Shown here: positions 1 through 8,302 of the stretch, piece by piece
Layout of the letters: each line of letters starts with the position of its first letter
Numbering within the stretch: position 1 is the stretch's first letter
NCBI RefSeq assembly: GCF_003324675.1
Contig: NZ_CP030918.1
Location: 1,290,001 to 1,322,000 of the forward strand
Source of the DNA: Paracoccus suum
Lineage (GTDB): Bacteria > Pseudomonadota > Alphaproteobacteria > Rhodobacterales > Rhodobacteraceae
Reading direction: 5' to 3'
DNA length: 32,000 nt
Notes under the pieces: model-generated
What the model saw: only the letters and a program-made list of their open reading frames with translations
Databases searched by the model: none
Told to the model about the DNA's origin: nothing
Program-made: the position numbers and the translations under genes

Positions 1-587
1 GCACCGGGGGCGGCGGCTTTGGCGATCTGCTTGGCGGGCTTGCCGGCGGCGCTGCTGCGGGCGGCCTTGGCGGGGTGTTGGGCGATCTGCTCGGCGGCGG
101 CAACGCCCGCACGACGCAGGCGGGCGGGCTAGCGCGTCAGGGCGCCCAGGACCGCAACGACGCCTCGTTCGGCGAAGTCTTCAATGATGCCATGGTGCGC
201 CAGGACGAGCCCGAAATTGCCCCGACGCCCGAACAAAACGCTGTCGCCGGGCTGATGCTGAAGGCGATGCTGCAGGCGGCCAAATCGGACGGCAAGATCG
301 ACGAGCAGGAAAAGCAGCGCCTGATGGGCCAGGTCGGCGATCTGGGTGAGGACGAAAAGCAGTTCATCCGCGAGCAGATGGCCGCCCCCGTGGACGCTGC
401 CGCCTTGGCTCGTGAAGTCCCCAAGGGGTTGGAGGAGCAGGTCTACCTGATGTCGCTGATGGCCATCGACTTCGACAACGAGCGCGAGGCCCAATACCTG
501 CACGCCCTCGCCGACGCGATGAGCCTCGACCAGCAGAAGGTGAACGCGATCCACCAGCAGGTGGGCGTGCAGAACCTTTACGCCTGA
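1..587 (+). CDS. DUF533 / TerB-like (tellurite-resistance TerB fold) protein, 5'-truncated by window edge
   Basis: The ORF track gives 75..587. The same frame stays open back to position 3 and encodes a Gly-rich tract (GGGFGDLLGGLAGGAAAGGLGG) typical of DUF533 N-terminal regions. The C-terminal part (LKAMLQAAKSDGKIDEQEKQRL ... YLMSLMAIDFDNEREAQYL) looks like a TerB-type domain. Stop TGA at 585-587. Confidence 0.7.
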   Translation, partial: TGGGGFGDLLGGLAGGAAAGGLGGVLGDLLGGGNARTTQAGGLARQGAQDRNDASFGEVFNDAMVRQDEPEIAPTPEQNAVAGLMLKAMLQAAKSDGKIDEQEKQRLMGQVGDLGEDEKQFIREQMAAPVDAAALAREVPKGLEEQVYLMSLMAIDFDNEREAQYLHALADAMSLDQQKVNAIHQQVGVQNLYA

Positions 588-694
588 CGTGCAAGAGGGC
601 GGCGATCTTTCGCCGCCCACACGTACCGCCTTCCGCTTTGTCTGGAAAACGTGCACCATTCCCCACGGTTACGCACACCAGCCCGGAGGCAATC

Positions 695-1153
695 ATGCGT
701 CTTTCCCTGATTACTGCCGCAGTGTTGTCGCTTACGCCCCTCGCGGCGCAGGCGGCTGAAGATACGCCCGAGCAGCTGGCGCTCGAGGCTCGACATGGCT
801 TCATGCTGATGCTCGGGGCGAACATGGGCGTGCTGGCCGGTACCGCGAAGGGCGAGATTCCCTATGACGAGGCCGCGGTCGTCCACGCGGCGACCAATAT
901 CGAGGCGCTGACGCATTACGATGTTGCCATGCATTTCATTCCCGGCACCGCCGAGGGCGAAATCGACGACAGCGAGGCGCTGCCCAAGATCTGGACCGAC
1001 ATGGCCGGCTTTGCCGACAAGTACAAAGGGCTGGTGACGGCCGCCGCCGGCGCCCCCGACGCAGTCAAAGGCGGTCAGGAGCAGGTTGCCGCCGTCGTCC
1101 AGAAGCTGGGCGGGGCGTGCAAGGCGTGCCATGACGAATACCGTAAGGACTGA
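695..1153 (+). CDS. cycP: cytochrome c' (class II c-type cytochrome), periplasmic
   Basis: ATG at 695 is preceded by GGAGG (685-689). It has a signal peptide (MRLSLITAAVLSLTPLAAQA) and a single C-terminal heme motif CKACH followed by DEYRKD, the hallmark of class II cytochrome c'. The track ORF starts at 638, which looks like an upstream over-extension. Confidence 0.88.
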   Translation: MRLSLITAAVLSLTPLAAQAAEDTPEQLALEARHGFMLMLGANMGVLAGTAKGEIPYDEAAVVHAATNIEALTHYDVAMHFIPGTAEGEIDDSEALPKIWTDMAGFADKYKGLVTAAAGAPDAVKGGQEQVAAVVQKLGGACKACHDEYRKD

Positions 1154-1757
1154 TCGCGACCCGGCAGGGGGAGCGCTCCCTGCCGGGGTCGAACGGCTGC
1201 AGATTTGGGACCCGGCGTTGCGCGCGGTCCATTGGGCGCTTGCACTGCTGGTGACGGCGACTTGGCTGCTGGCCCAGTTTGGACCGGCCAAGATGACGCT
1301 GCATTTCTGGTTCGGCTACGCGATCATAGCCTTGCTGGCCTTTCGCCTGGTCTGGGGGCTGATCGGCCCACGCCACGCGCGTTTCAGTCGGTTGATCCAT
1401 GGCCCGCGGGCGACGCTGGAGTATATCCGCGGATTCGCCAGGCGGGTGCCCAGCTACTGGCGGGGACACAACCCGATGGGCGGCTGGTCGGTCGTCGCCA
1501 TGCTGGCATTGCTGGTGATGCAGGTGGCGACCGGGTTGGTCAGCGATCCGGATGACTTCATCAATGTCGGCCCGCTCGCGTCCGAGGTCTCGCGCGCGAC
1601 CTCGCGCAAAGCGTTGTCGCTGCATCACCTGGGCGGGACGCTGATCCTGCTGCTGGTGCTGCTGCACGTTGGCATGATCCTCTATTACCGCCTGTGGAAG
1701 CGCGAGGACCTGATCCGGCCGATGATCACCGGCTGGAAGCTGGTGCGCCGCCGCTGA
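1131..1757 (+). CDS. cytochrome b561 / Ni-Fe-hydrogenase-type b cytochrome family membrane protein (PF01292-like)
   Basis: It has four predicted TM segments with conserved His residues (AVHWALALL, LHFWFGY, LSLHHLGG, LLHVGMILYY). ATG 1131 lies inside the 3' end of cycP, a 23-nt overlap that suggests translational coupling. The track ORF begins at 1086. Confidence 0.8.
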   Translation: MTNTVRTDRDPAGGALPAGVERLQIWDPALRAVHWALALLVTATWLLAQFGPAKMTLHFWFGYAIIALLAFRLVWGLIGPRHARFSRLIHGPRATLEYIRGFARRVPSYWRGHNPMGGWSVVAMLALLVMQVATGLVSDPDDFINVGPLASEVSRATSRKALSLHHLGGTLILLLVLLHVGMILYYRLWKREDLIRPMITGWKLVRRR

Positions 1758-1773
1758 AGCGCTGCGTGCATAG

Positions 1774-1806
1774 AAAGGGGCGGCCCCGCGCGGAACCGCC
1801 CCTTTT
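1774..1806. terminator. bidirectional rho-independent terminator between convergent genes
   Basis: AAAGGGGCGG-ccccgcgcggaa-CCGCCCCTTTT. A GC stem (1777-1783 / 1796-1802) is flanked by A-run and T-run. It sits between the stops at 1757 (+) and 1823 (-). Confidence 0.8.
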
Positions 1807-1822
1807 CATTTAACCGTCGTGT

Positions 1823-2326
1823 TTACATCGCGGCCTTGTTGATCCCGCCCTTGACGGCCAGTTTGGTCATCGTCTCGTAACCCTCGTAGGTCGAGGCAGT
1901 GCATTCGTCTAAAACCTTCACGTCGTCACTGAACCCCAGGCGCTTGGCCCAGGCTTTCAGCGTGCCGTAGCCGGTGATGGCGTAATGGGCCATCCGCTGA
2001 TACTGGCCAATGATGGCCGCGTCCTGCGTGTCCTCGTCGGCGAACTTGGCCTCCAGCCCGTGCTTGCGCGCCTCTGCCACCAGACCCTCCATGCCCTTGC
2101 AGTGCTCGCCCGCAGCGTCCGTGCCATGCGCCTTGCACAGCTTTTCCATCGCCGCCATGCCGTCGCGGGTGCCCGCAACGCCAGCGGTCAGAGCCTTTTG
2201 CAGGTCAGGATTCTTGGCGGCCTTGGCCATTTCCTCGGTCACCGGGACGGCCTGCTTGCAGGCGCTGTAGAGGTCCTTGAGGCCGTCGAGATAAAGGTCT
2301 TCGAGGTTCTTGATGGTGTCGGACAT
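1823..2326 (-). CDS. DUF892 ferritin-like (YciE/YciF family) stress protein
   Basis: 167-aa product MSDTIKNLEDLYLDGLKDLYSACKQ... typical of the DUF892 N-terminus. ATG (cat at 2324-2326) has GGAGA 8 nt upstream. The 347-aa track ORF (to 2866) is an upstream over-extension into the divergent ABC gene. An alternative in-frame ATG lies at 2344. Confidence 0.8.
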   Translation of the reverse strand: MSDTIKNLEDLYLDGLKDLYSACKQAVPVTEEMAKAAKNPDLQKALTAGVAGTRDGMAAMEKLCKAHGTDAAGEHCKGMEGLVAEARKHGLEAKFADEDTQDAAIIGQYQRMAHYAITGYGTLKAWAKRLGFSDDVKVLDECTASTYEGYETMTKLAVKGGINKAAM

Positions 2327-2360
2327 GTCTCGTCTCCGTTGCATGACAGGTTGGGGTGGC

Positions 2361-2385
2361 AACGCCCGCCCGGGCCGAGTGTTCC
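2361..2385 (-). promoter_or_regulatory. EcfG-type (alphaproteobacterial general stress sigma) promoter motif GGAAC-N16-CGTT
   Basis: The minus strand reads tcgtGGAACactcggcccgggcgggCGTTgcc. The CGTT ends 34 nt upstream of the DUF892 ATG. The spacing and both boxes match the published EcfG/SigT/RpoE2 consensus exactly. Confidence 0.5.
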
Positions 2386-2482
2386 ACGAATGTCCCTTGT
2401 CCCGTCGCGGCGGACGGCGGCTTGACAACCGCGGCGTCCAGGGCTTGCCTGCGCGGTCTGAAACCCTGTCCTGGTGCGCCCC

Positions 2483-4366
2483 ATGTTCCGCTGGTTCGAG
2501 CGTCGGCTCGACCCCTATCCCGCTGACGAGCCATCGCTGCCGCCGCGCAGCCTGGTCGGCTTTTGCATGCATTACAGCCGCGGGGCATGGCCCTGGTTGC
2601 TCGCCATGGCAACGGCGGCGATGAGCTTTGCGCTGATCGAGGTCTCTCTCTTTGCCTATATCGGCCGGCTGGTCGACGGCATGGAGGGCGGCGATCCGGC
2701 CCGCTTCTGGCAGATCGAGGGCCGCGGCTTTGTCTTCATGGCGGCAGTGGTCGTTATCGGCCTGCCGTTGATCGAGTTGTTCGCCTCGCTGATCATGCAC
2801 CAGACGCTGATCGGAAACTTTCCCCAGCGCATCCGCTGGCAGGCGCACCGCTACTTGTTGCGCCAATCGATGAGCTATTTTCAGGACGAGTTCGCGGGAC
2901 GGATCGCCACCAAGCTGCTGCAGACATCGCTCGCCGTGCGTGAGGTGGTGATGAAGCTGATGGACGTGGCGGTCTACGTTGTCGCCTATTTCGTCGGCGC
3001 CGTCGTGCTTGCCCTGTCAAACGACTGGCGCCTCGCGGTGCCGTTCCTCGTCTGGGGTGTGCTCTACAGCACGCTGCTGTTCGTCGTGATTCCCCGCCTC
3101 GGGCGCGTTGCGCAGCAGCAGTCGGACGCCCGCTCGGTCATGACCGGGCGTATCGTTGACAGCTACACCAACATCACCACGGTCAAGCTGTTCAGCCATG
3201 CGCAGCGCGAGGAAACCTATGTCCGCGAGGGCATGGATGGATTCCTGCAGACCGTCTACGGCCAGATGCGGCTTGTGACGGTGCTGAACGTGTCGCTGAC
3301 GGTCTTGAACGCCGGGCTGTGGCTGGGTGTGGTCGGCATCGGCATCCGGCTGTGGACATCGGGCCAGATCGCGGCGGGGGCCGTTGCGGCCGCCGTGCCG
3401 CTGGCAATGCGCTTTAACGGCATGAGCCAGTGGATCATGTGGGAAATGTCGGCCCTGTTCGAGAATATCGGGACCGTTCGCGACGGAATCGGCAGCCTGG
3501 CACTGCCGCGCACCGTCGTAGACCGCCCTGAGGCGGTGCCGCTGGTCGCCGATCACGGCGCGGTCGCGTTCGAGGGCGTGACCTTCCGCTATGACGCCGG
3601 CGAGGATGGGCCAGAGGACGCGCGCCGCCCCGCCGTGATCGACAACCTGACGCTGCGCGTCGCCCCGGGTGAAAAGATCGGCCTGGTCGGCGTGTCCGGC
3701 GCGGGCAAGTCGACGCTGGTGAACCTGCTGCTGCGGTTTCACGATCTGGATGGCGGGCGCATCACTATCGACGGGCAGGACATCGCCGGGGTGACGCAGG
3801 ACAGCCTGCGCGCTGCGATCGGGGTGGTGACGCAGGACACCTCGCTGCTGCACCGCTCGGTGCGTGACAACATCGCCTATGGCCGTCCCGAGGCCGAGCA
3901 TCACGAGGTCGAGGCCGCAGCCGCCATGGCAGAGGCGCATGCCTTTGTCGGCGGCCTCAGCGATGCGCGGGGCAGGGCAGGCTATGATGCCCATGTGGGC
4001 GAGCGCGGGGTCAAGTTGTCGGGCGGTCAGCGCCAGCGGATTGCCATTGCCCGCGTGTTCCTGAAGGACGCCCCGATCCTGGTGCTGGACGAGGCGACGA
4101 GCGCCCTGGACAGTGAGGTCGAGGCCGCGATTCAGGCGCAGTTGCAGCGGCTGATGCTGGGCAAGACGGTGATCGCCATCGCCCATCGCCTGTCCACCAT
4201 CGCCGCCATGGACCGGCTGGTCATCATGGACCGCGGCCGGATCGCCGAGCAGGGGACGCATGACGAATTGCTGGCGCAGGGCGGCATCTATGCGCGCCTC
4301 TGGGCGCGGCAGTCGGGCGGTTTCCTCAGCGACGACCGCGAGCAGGCGGGTGCCGCTGCCTCCTAG
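2483..4366 (+). CDS. ABC transporter, fused permease/ATP-binding protein (ABCB/MsbA-like exporter)
   Basis: N-terminal 6-TM domain. Walker A GVSGAGKST, signature LSGGQRQRIAIAR, Walker B ILVLDEATSALD, H-loop IAHRL. ATG 2483 (MFRWFE...) is preferred over GTG 2474. Confidence 0.92.
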   Translation: MFRWFERRLDPYPADEPSLPPRSLVGFCMHYSRGAWPWLLAMATAAMSFALIEVSLFAYIGRLVDGMEGGDPARFWQIEGRGFVFMAAVVVIGLPLIELFASLIMHQTLIGNFPQRIRWQAHRYLLRQSMSYFQDEFAGRIATKLLQTSLAVREVVMKLMDVAVYVVAYFVGAVVLALSNDWRLAVPFLVWGVLYSTLLFVVIPRLGRVAQQQSDARSVMTGRIVDSYTNITTVKLFSHAQREETYVREGMDGFLQTVYGQMRLVTVLNVSLTVLNAGLWLGVVGIGIRLWTSGQIAAGAVAAAVPLAMRFNGMSQWIMWEMSALFENIGTVRDGIGSLALPRTVVDRPEAVPLVADHGAVAFEGVTFRYDAGEDGPEDARRPAVIDNLTLRVAPGEKIGLVGVSGAGKSTLVNLLLRFHDLDGGRITIDGQDIAGVTQDSLRAAIGVVTQDTSLLHRSVRDNIAYGRPEAEHHEVEAAAAMAEAHAFVGGLSDARGRAGYDAHVGERGVKLSGGQRQRIAIARVFLKDAPILVLDEATSALDSEVEAAIQAQLQRLMLGKTVIAIAHRLSTIAAMDRLVIMDRGRIAEQGTHDELLAQGGIYARLWARQSGGFLSDDREQAGAAAS

Positions 4367-4995
4367 GTGGTCGGCGCGGTGCTGTCCGAGGGCGCCTGCT
4401 GGCCGTTCTTGTGCAACAGCGCGATCAGCGAATCGATCTGGGCCTGCTGACGGGCGATCAGCCCTTCCAACTGGCGCGTCCGCATGTCGTCCATCTTTTC
4501 ATGCAGGCCCATGATATCCATCTCCGCCTTCAAGTTGACCTCGTAGTCATGGGCGGCGGCGGCACGATCCTTGGCTGCCTGGCGGTTCTGGCTCATCATG
4601 ATGACCGGCGCCTGGAGCGCGGCCAGCATGGACAGCAGCAGGTTCAGGAAGATGAACGGGTAGGGGTCCAGCGCCCGTGTTTCGAAGGCGAGATTCAGGC
4701 CGACCCACGCCACGAGAAAAGCGAGGAACGCCGTGATGAACATCCAGGAGCCGCCGAATCTCGCGACTTGGTCGGCCATCCGCTCGCCAAAGGTGGGCGC
4801 GCGCTCGCCCTCGCTCTCGCCCTCGGGCTGGCGGGCGATGGTCTGGCGGCGCAGAAGGTGCTCCACGACCCGGCGTTCGGCAGCGGTCAGATCGCCGTCC
4901 TTGCAACTCAACCAACGCAGCGCATCTTGAGGAACGGTCTTTTCAGGCTCGGTAGGCGTGCTGGGGACATCAGTGTCGGTTGGCATGTCACACAT
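4363..4995 (-). CDS. DUF1003 domain membrane protein
   Basis: Core ...FGERMADQVARFGGSWMFITAFLAFLVAWVGLN...DPYPFIFLNLLLSMLAALQAPVIMMSQNRQAAKDR..DYEVNLKAE is the DUF1003 signature, followed by a C-terminal coiled coil. Its stop shares a CTAG palindrome with the ABC gene stop. Confidence 0.8.
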   Translation of the reverse strand: MCDMPTDTDVPSTPTEPEKTVPQDALRWLSCKDGDLTAAERRVVEHLLRRQTIARQPEGESEGERAPTFGERMADQVARFGGSWMFITAFLAFLVAWVGLNLAFETRALDPYPFIFLNLLLSMLAALQAPVIMMSQNRQAAKDRAAAAHDYEVNLKAEMDIMGLHEKMDDMRTRQLEGLIARQQAQIDSLIALLHKNGQQAPSDSTAPTT

Positions 4996-5050
4996 CTGGC
5001 TTGGGGCGGACAGGGCATTGTGGACCCTCGGGGCTAGCCGTGAAAGCGCC

Positions 5051-5079
5051 TTGCGTCGCCGCCCAGCCTGCCGTAATCA
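5051..5079 (+). promoter_or_regulatory. candidate sigma70-type promoter for tRNA-Trp (TTGCGT-N17-TAATCA)
   Basis: -35 TTGCGT at 5051-5056, 17-nt spacer, -10 TAATCA at 5074-5079. The predicted start lies a few nt before the mature tRNA 5' end (5092). Confidence 0.4.
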
Positions 5080-5091
5080 CGCCCTCGGCCT

Positions 5092-5167
5092 AGGGGTATA
5101 GCTCAGTTGGTAGAGCATCGGTCTCCAAAACCGAGGGTCGTGGGTTCGAGTCCCCCTGCCCCTGCCA
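5092..5167 (+). tRNA. trpT: tRNA-Trp (anticodon CCA)
   Basis: Cloverleaf read by eye. Acceptor AGGGGTA/TGCCCCT, D-arm GCTCAGTTGGTAGAGC, anticodon stem-loop CGGTCT-CCA-AAACCG, T-arm GTGGGTTCGAGTCCCCC, discriminator G and encoded CCA (5165-5167). It is in the canonical position upstream of secE-nusG. Confidence 0.95.
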
Positions 5168-5219
5168 GCCGCCGCCTTTCCCGCGATCCCGTGACGGGAC
5201 AAAGGCTTGCCCTGCACGG

Positions 5220-6107
5220 ATGGTCATGCAGCTTTTCCTCCACGTCGGCGCGCACAAGACGGCGACCACTCACCTGCAATCGCGCCTGAACGACGCCCGC
5301 CCGCGCCTCTGGCCGCGGCACATTGCCTGCATCTGTCCGCAGCAAACCCGCGAGGCCGAGATCCAGCTGTCGACCATGGCTCAGTTCCCCGGCCGCTGGC
5401 CGAAGAAGGAACTTGCCTGGCGCAAGCGACTGGAGCTGATCGAATCCGAAGGCGTGACCCGCTGCGTCATCTCGGACGAGAACCTGATCGGCGAGATCCG
5501 GCGCGGCTCGCTCGTCGATGGCGAGGGGACGATCTATCCGCAGGCTGCCAGGCGGCTCGAGTCGCTGCTCGATATCCTGGGGCGGAAGCCGGACCAGATC
5601 TTTCTGGGGTTGCGCGAGCCGGCGTCCTTCGTCACCTCGGCCTTTGGCATGTGGATGCGGGCGGGCGAAGGCGTGCTGATCGAGGATTTCCTGGGTGACG
5701 CCGACCCCCGCCGTATCCGCTGGGCCGATCTGGCCCGGCGCCTTGGCACGCTGCCGGGCCAGCCGCACCTGACTGTCTGGCGGTTCGAGGATTACCCGCG
5801 CATCCGCAACAGGGTGGTCGCCGCCCTGGTGGGCGAGGAAGCCGCGCCCGTCGTCGGCACTTCGCCTCGTCGCCTCGTCGGCTGGTCGCAGGCCGCTTAT
5901 GACGCCTTTGTGCAGTCAGTGCTGCAGGTCGATGAGTCGGTCCCGCTGTCCACCCTGGCCCAGGCCGCGCTGAAGGCCTTTCCCCGCGGATCCGACGATC
6001 CCGCGCTGACCGTGCTGGCGCCCGAGGTGACGGCGCGCTGCGAGGCCGAATATGAGGGCGATGTCGCGGACATGGTCGCGCTGCCGGGCGTGACCCTGAT
6101 CGACTGA
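5220..6107 (+). CDS. hypothetical protein, sulfotransferase-like (P-loop-like HVGAHKTATTHLQ at N-terminus)
   Basis: 295-aa ORF with host-like high GC3 codon usage. The N-terminal beta-strand plus GxxKT(A)TT loop resembles the 5'-PSB PAPS-binding loop of sulfotransferase-fold proteins. I recognise no other family signature. Confidence 0.6.
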   Translation: MVMQLFLHVGAHKTATTHLQSRLNDARPRLWPRHIACICPQQTREAEIQLSTMAQFPGRWPKKELAWRKRLELIESEGVTRCVISDENLIGEIRRGSLVDGEGTIYPQAARRLESLLDILGRKPDQIFLGLREPASFVTSAFGMWMRAGEGVLIEDFLGDADPRRIRWADLARRLGTLPGQPHLTVWRFEDYPRIRNRVVAALVGEEAAPVVGTSPRRLVGWSQAAYDAFVQSVLQVDESVPLSTLAQAALKAFPRGSDDPALTVLAPEVTARCEAEYEGDVADMVALPGVTLID

Positions 6108-6110
6108 CGC

Positions 6111-6139
6111 TTGATGCGGCGGCCGTGACGCTGTAACCG
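6111..6139 (+). promoter_or_regulatory. candidate promoter for secE (TTGATG-N17-TAACCG)
   Basis: Hexamers at 6111-6116 and 6134-6139 with a 17-nt spacer, about 25 nt upstream of the secE ATG. The -10 is weak. Confidence 0.25.
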
Positions 6140-6164
6140 GACCGCTGCAACCTTGAGGACCGAT

Positions 6165-6359
6165 ATGGCCAACCCCGTCCAGTTCATCAGCCAGGTGCGT
6201 GCCGAGGCCGCGAAGATCGCGTGGCCGAACCGCCGCGAGGTGGTGACCACGACCATCATGGTCCTGATCATGGCGACCATCACCAGCCTGTTCTTTTTCA
6301 TGGTGGACCTGCTGATCCGCGGCGGCCTGACCTTCGTGCTGCGCAGCGTCGGCGGCTGA
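6165..6359 (+). CDS. secE: preprotein translocase subunit SecE
   Basis: 64 aa, MANPVQFISQVRAEAAKIAWPNRREVVTTTIMVLIMATITSLFFFMVD. It has the single C-terminal TM and KVxWP motif typical of short SecE. GAGGA at 6155-6159. It is in the conserved position before nusG. Confidence 0.93.
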   Translation: MANPVQFISQVRAEAAKIAWPNRREVVTTTIMVLIMATITSLFFFMVDLLIRGGLTFVLRSVGG

Positions 6360-6379
6360 AGCCCGGTGTAGCAGCAGGG

Positions 6380-6408
6380 TTGCAATCGCGGCGCAAGGGG
6401 TCTATTTC
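6380..6408 (+). promoter_or_regulatory. candidate internal promoter upstream of nusG (TTGCAA-N17-TATTTC)
   Basis: Hexamers at 6380-6385 and 6403-6408 lie in the unusually long (164 nt) secE-nusG spacer. Confidence 0.25.
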
Positions 6409-6523
6409 CCGGCGACCTGCCCGGCCACGGCGTGCTACCGATTCGGTTCGCGCCGATTTTTATTTTCCGGGCGACATGAATTAGGGGCCGTCTGGCCCGT
6501 CGAGGAAACGGACGCAGAACGAT

Positions 6524-7060
6524 ATGGCAAAGCGGTGGTATTCGGTCAGCGTGCTGTCCAACTTCGAGAAGAAAGTCGCCGAGGCCATCCGCCAGGCCGC
6601 GGCCGAGAAGGGTCTTGAGGACGAGATCGACGAAGTTCTGGTCCCGACCGAGGAAGTGATCGAAATCCGGCGTGGCAAGAAGGTGACCTCCGAGCGTCGC
6701 TTCATGCCGGGCTATGTCCTGGTCCACATGGACCTGTCGGACCGTACCTATCACCTGGTGAACTCGATCAACCGCGTGACCGGTTTCCTCGGCGCGCAGG
6801 GCAAGCCCTCGCCGATGCGCGACGAGGACATGGCCCCGATCCTGAACCGCACCGGCGAGGGCACCGACGTCCAGCCGCGCAACCTGATCCGGTTCGAGGT
6901 CGGCGAGAACGTCAAGGTGACCGACGGCCCGTTCGAGGGCTTCGCCGGCATGGTCGAGGAAGTCGACGACGCCGCCAGCCGCGTGAAGGTCATGGTCTCG
7001 ATTTTTGGCCGGCCGACGCCGGTCGAACTGGAATTCACCCAGGTCAGCAAGTCGGCCTGA
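6524..7060 (+). CDS. nusG: transcription termination/antitermination factor NusG
   Basis: MAKRWYSVSVLSNFEKKV... NGN domain, plus C-terminal KOW motif VGENVKVTDGPFEGFAGMVEEV. Confidence 0.97.
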   Translation: MAKRWYSVSVLSNFEKKVAEAIRQAAAEKGLEDEIDEVLVPTEEVIEIRRGKKVTSERRFMPGYVLVHMDLSDRTYHLVNSINRVTGFLGAQGKPSPMRDEDMAPILNRTGEGTDVQPRNLIRFEVGENVKVTDGPFEGFAGMVEEVDDAASRVKVMVSIFGRPTPVELEFTQVSKSA

Positions 7061-7145
7061 GTGTTCGCGTGGGAGGCGGGCCTGCGGGCGCCGCCGAACC
7101 ACTAAGTCGGCCCGCATGCGGGCGTGATGAAAAGGAGAAGGCCAG

Positions 7146-7598
7146 ATGGCCAAGAAGGTAGTTGGCAGCCTCAAGCTGCAAGTGAAGGCGGGCCAAGCCA
7201 ACCCGTCCCCGCCGATCGGCCCCGCGCTGGGTCAGCGCGGCATTAACATCATGGAATTCTGCAAGGCGTTCAACGCAAAGACGCAGGAAATGGAGGCCGG
7301 CAGCCCGGTCCCGACCGTGATCACCTATTACGCCGACAAGTCGTTCACGTTCGAGACCAAGACGCCGCCCGCCGCGTTCCTGCTGAAGAAGGCCGCCGGC
7401 CTCAAGCCGCAGGGCAAGCGCAACCGTGCCAAGGGTTCGGACAAGCCGGGCAAGTCGACCGCCGGGACCGTGACCGCCGCCCAAGTGCGCGAGATCGCCG
7501 AGCTGAAGATGAAAGACCTCAGCGCGAACGACATCGACGCCGCCATGCAGATCGTTCTGGGCAGCGCCCGCTCGATCGGCATTGAAGTGAAGGCCTGA
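7146..7598 (+). CDS. rplK: 50S ribosomal protein L11
   Basis: [35 protein letters not shown] signature. 150 aa. Confidence 0.98.
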   Translation: MAKKVVGSLKLQVKAGQANPSPPIGPALGQRGINIMEFCKAFNAKTQEMEAGSPVPTVITYYADKSFTFETKTPPAAFLLKKAAGLKPQGKRNRAKGSDKPGKSTAGTVTAAQVREIAELKMKDLSANDIDAAMQIVLGSARSIGIEVKA

Positions 7599-7603
7599 TC
7601 GCC

Positions 7604-8302
7604 ATGGCAAAGATTGCAAAACGCACCGCCGCCGCCCGCGAAGCCTTCGCCGGCAAGGCGAACCTGCCGCTGGACGAGGCCGTCGCCCTGGTCAAGGCCA
7701 ATGCCACTGCCAAGTTCGACGAGACCGTCGAGGTTGCGCTCAACCTGGGCGTTGACCCGCGTCACGCCGACCAGATGGTCCGCGGCGTGGTCCAGTTGCC
7801 CAACGGCACCGGCAAGACCGTGCGCGTCGCCGTGTTCGCCCGTGGCGCGAAGGCTGACGAGGCAACTGCCGCCGGGGCCGACATCGTCGGCGCCGAGGAC
7901 CTGATGGAGACCATCCAGTCCGGCAAGATCGAGTTCGACCGTTGCATCGCGACGCCGGACATGATGCCGCTGGTCGGCCGCCTGGGCAAGATCCTCGGCC
8001 CGCGCAACCTGATGCCGAACCCCAAAGTCGGCACGGTGACCATGGACGTCAAGACGGCCGTCGAGGCCGCCAAGGGCGGCGAAGTCCAGTTCAAAGCCGA
8101 GAAGGCCGGTGTGGTCCATGCCGGCATCGGCAAGACCAGCTTCGACGCGGCCAAGCTGGCGGAAAACCTGCGCGCTTTCGTCGAGGCGGTGCAGCGCGCC
8201 AAGCCGACGGGGGCCAAGGGCACCTACATGAAAAAGGTCTCGATCAGCTCGACCATGGGTCCGGGCGTATCGGTCGACCTCGCCTCGACGGCGCAAGCCT
8301 GA
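7604..8302 (+). CDS. rplA: 50S ribosomal protein L1
   Basis: 232 aa. ...[23 protein letters not shown]..., [15 protein letters not shown]. Confidence 0.98.
   Translation: MAKIAKRTAAAREAFAGKANLPLDEAVALVKANATAKFDETVEVALNLGVDPRHADQMVRGVVQLPNGTGKTVRVAVFARGAKADEATAAGADIVGAEDLMETIQSGKIEFDRCIATPDMMPLVGRLGKILGPRNLMPNPKVGTVTMDVKTAVEAAKGGEVQFKAEKAGVVHAGIGKTSFDAAKLAENLRAFVEAVQRAKPTGAKGTYMKKVSISSTMGPGVSVDLASTAQA

Noticed and set aside
588-694. Possible FNR/NnrR-type box (TTGTCTGGAAAACG) and a hairpin at 597-618 upstream of cycP.
   Set aside because: The box matches TTGAT-N4-ATCAA or TTGCG-N4-CGCAA at too few positions. The hairpin (GGGCGGCGA-tctt-TCGCCGCCC) lacks a T-tract, so I could not call it a terminator with confidence.
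2422-2450. TTGACA at 2422-2427 as a promoter for the ABC transporter.
   Set aside because: No acceptable -10 hexamer lies at 16-18 nt spacing (TTGCCT, CTTGCC or TGCCTG), so the call is left out.
2327-2866. Upstream 180-codon extension of the DUF892 ORF (track ORF 1823..2866).
   Set aside because: The extension is Arg/Pro-rich with no family resemblance. It crosses the divergent promoter region and overlaps the ABC transporter gene. A good SD and ATG at 2326 start the recognisable DUF892 sequence.
5092-6164. Possible tRNA-Trp-targeted genomic island carrying the sulfotransferase-like ORF.
   Set aside because: I could find no integrase and no direct repeat of the tRNA 3' end (GGTTCGAGTCCCCCTGCCCCTGCCA) in 6108-6164. 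Codon usage looks native.
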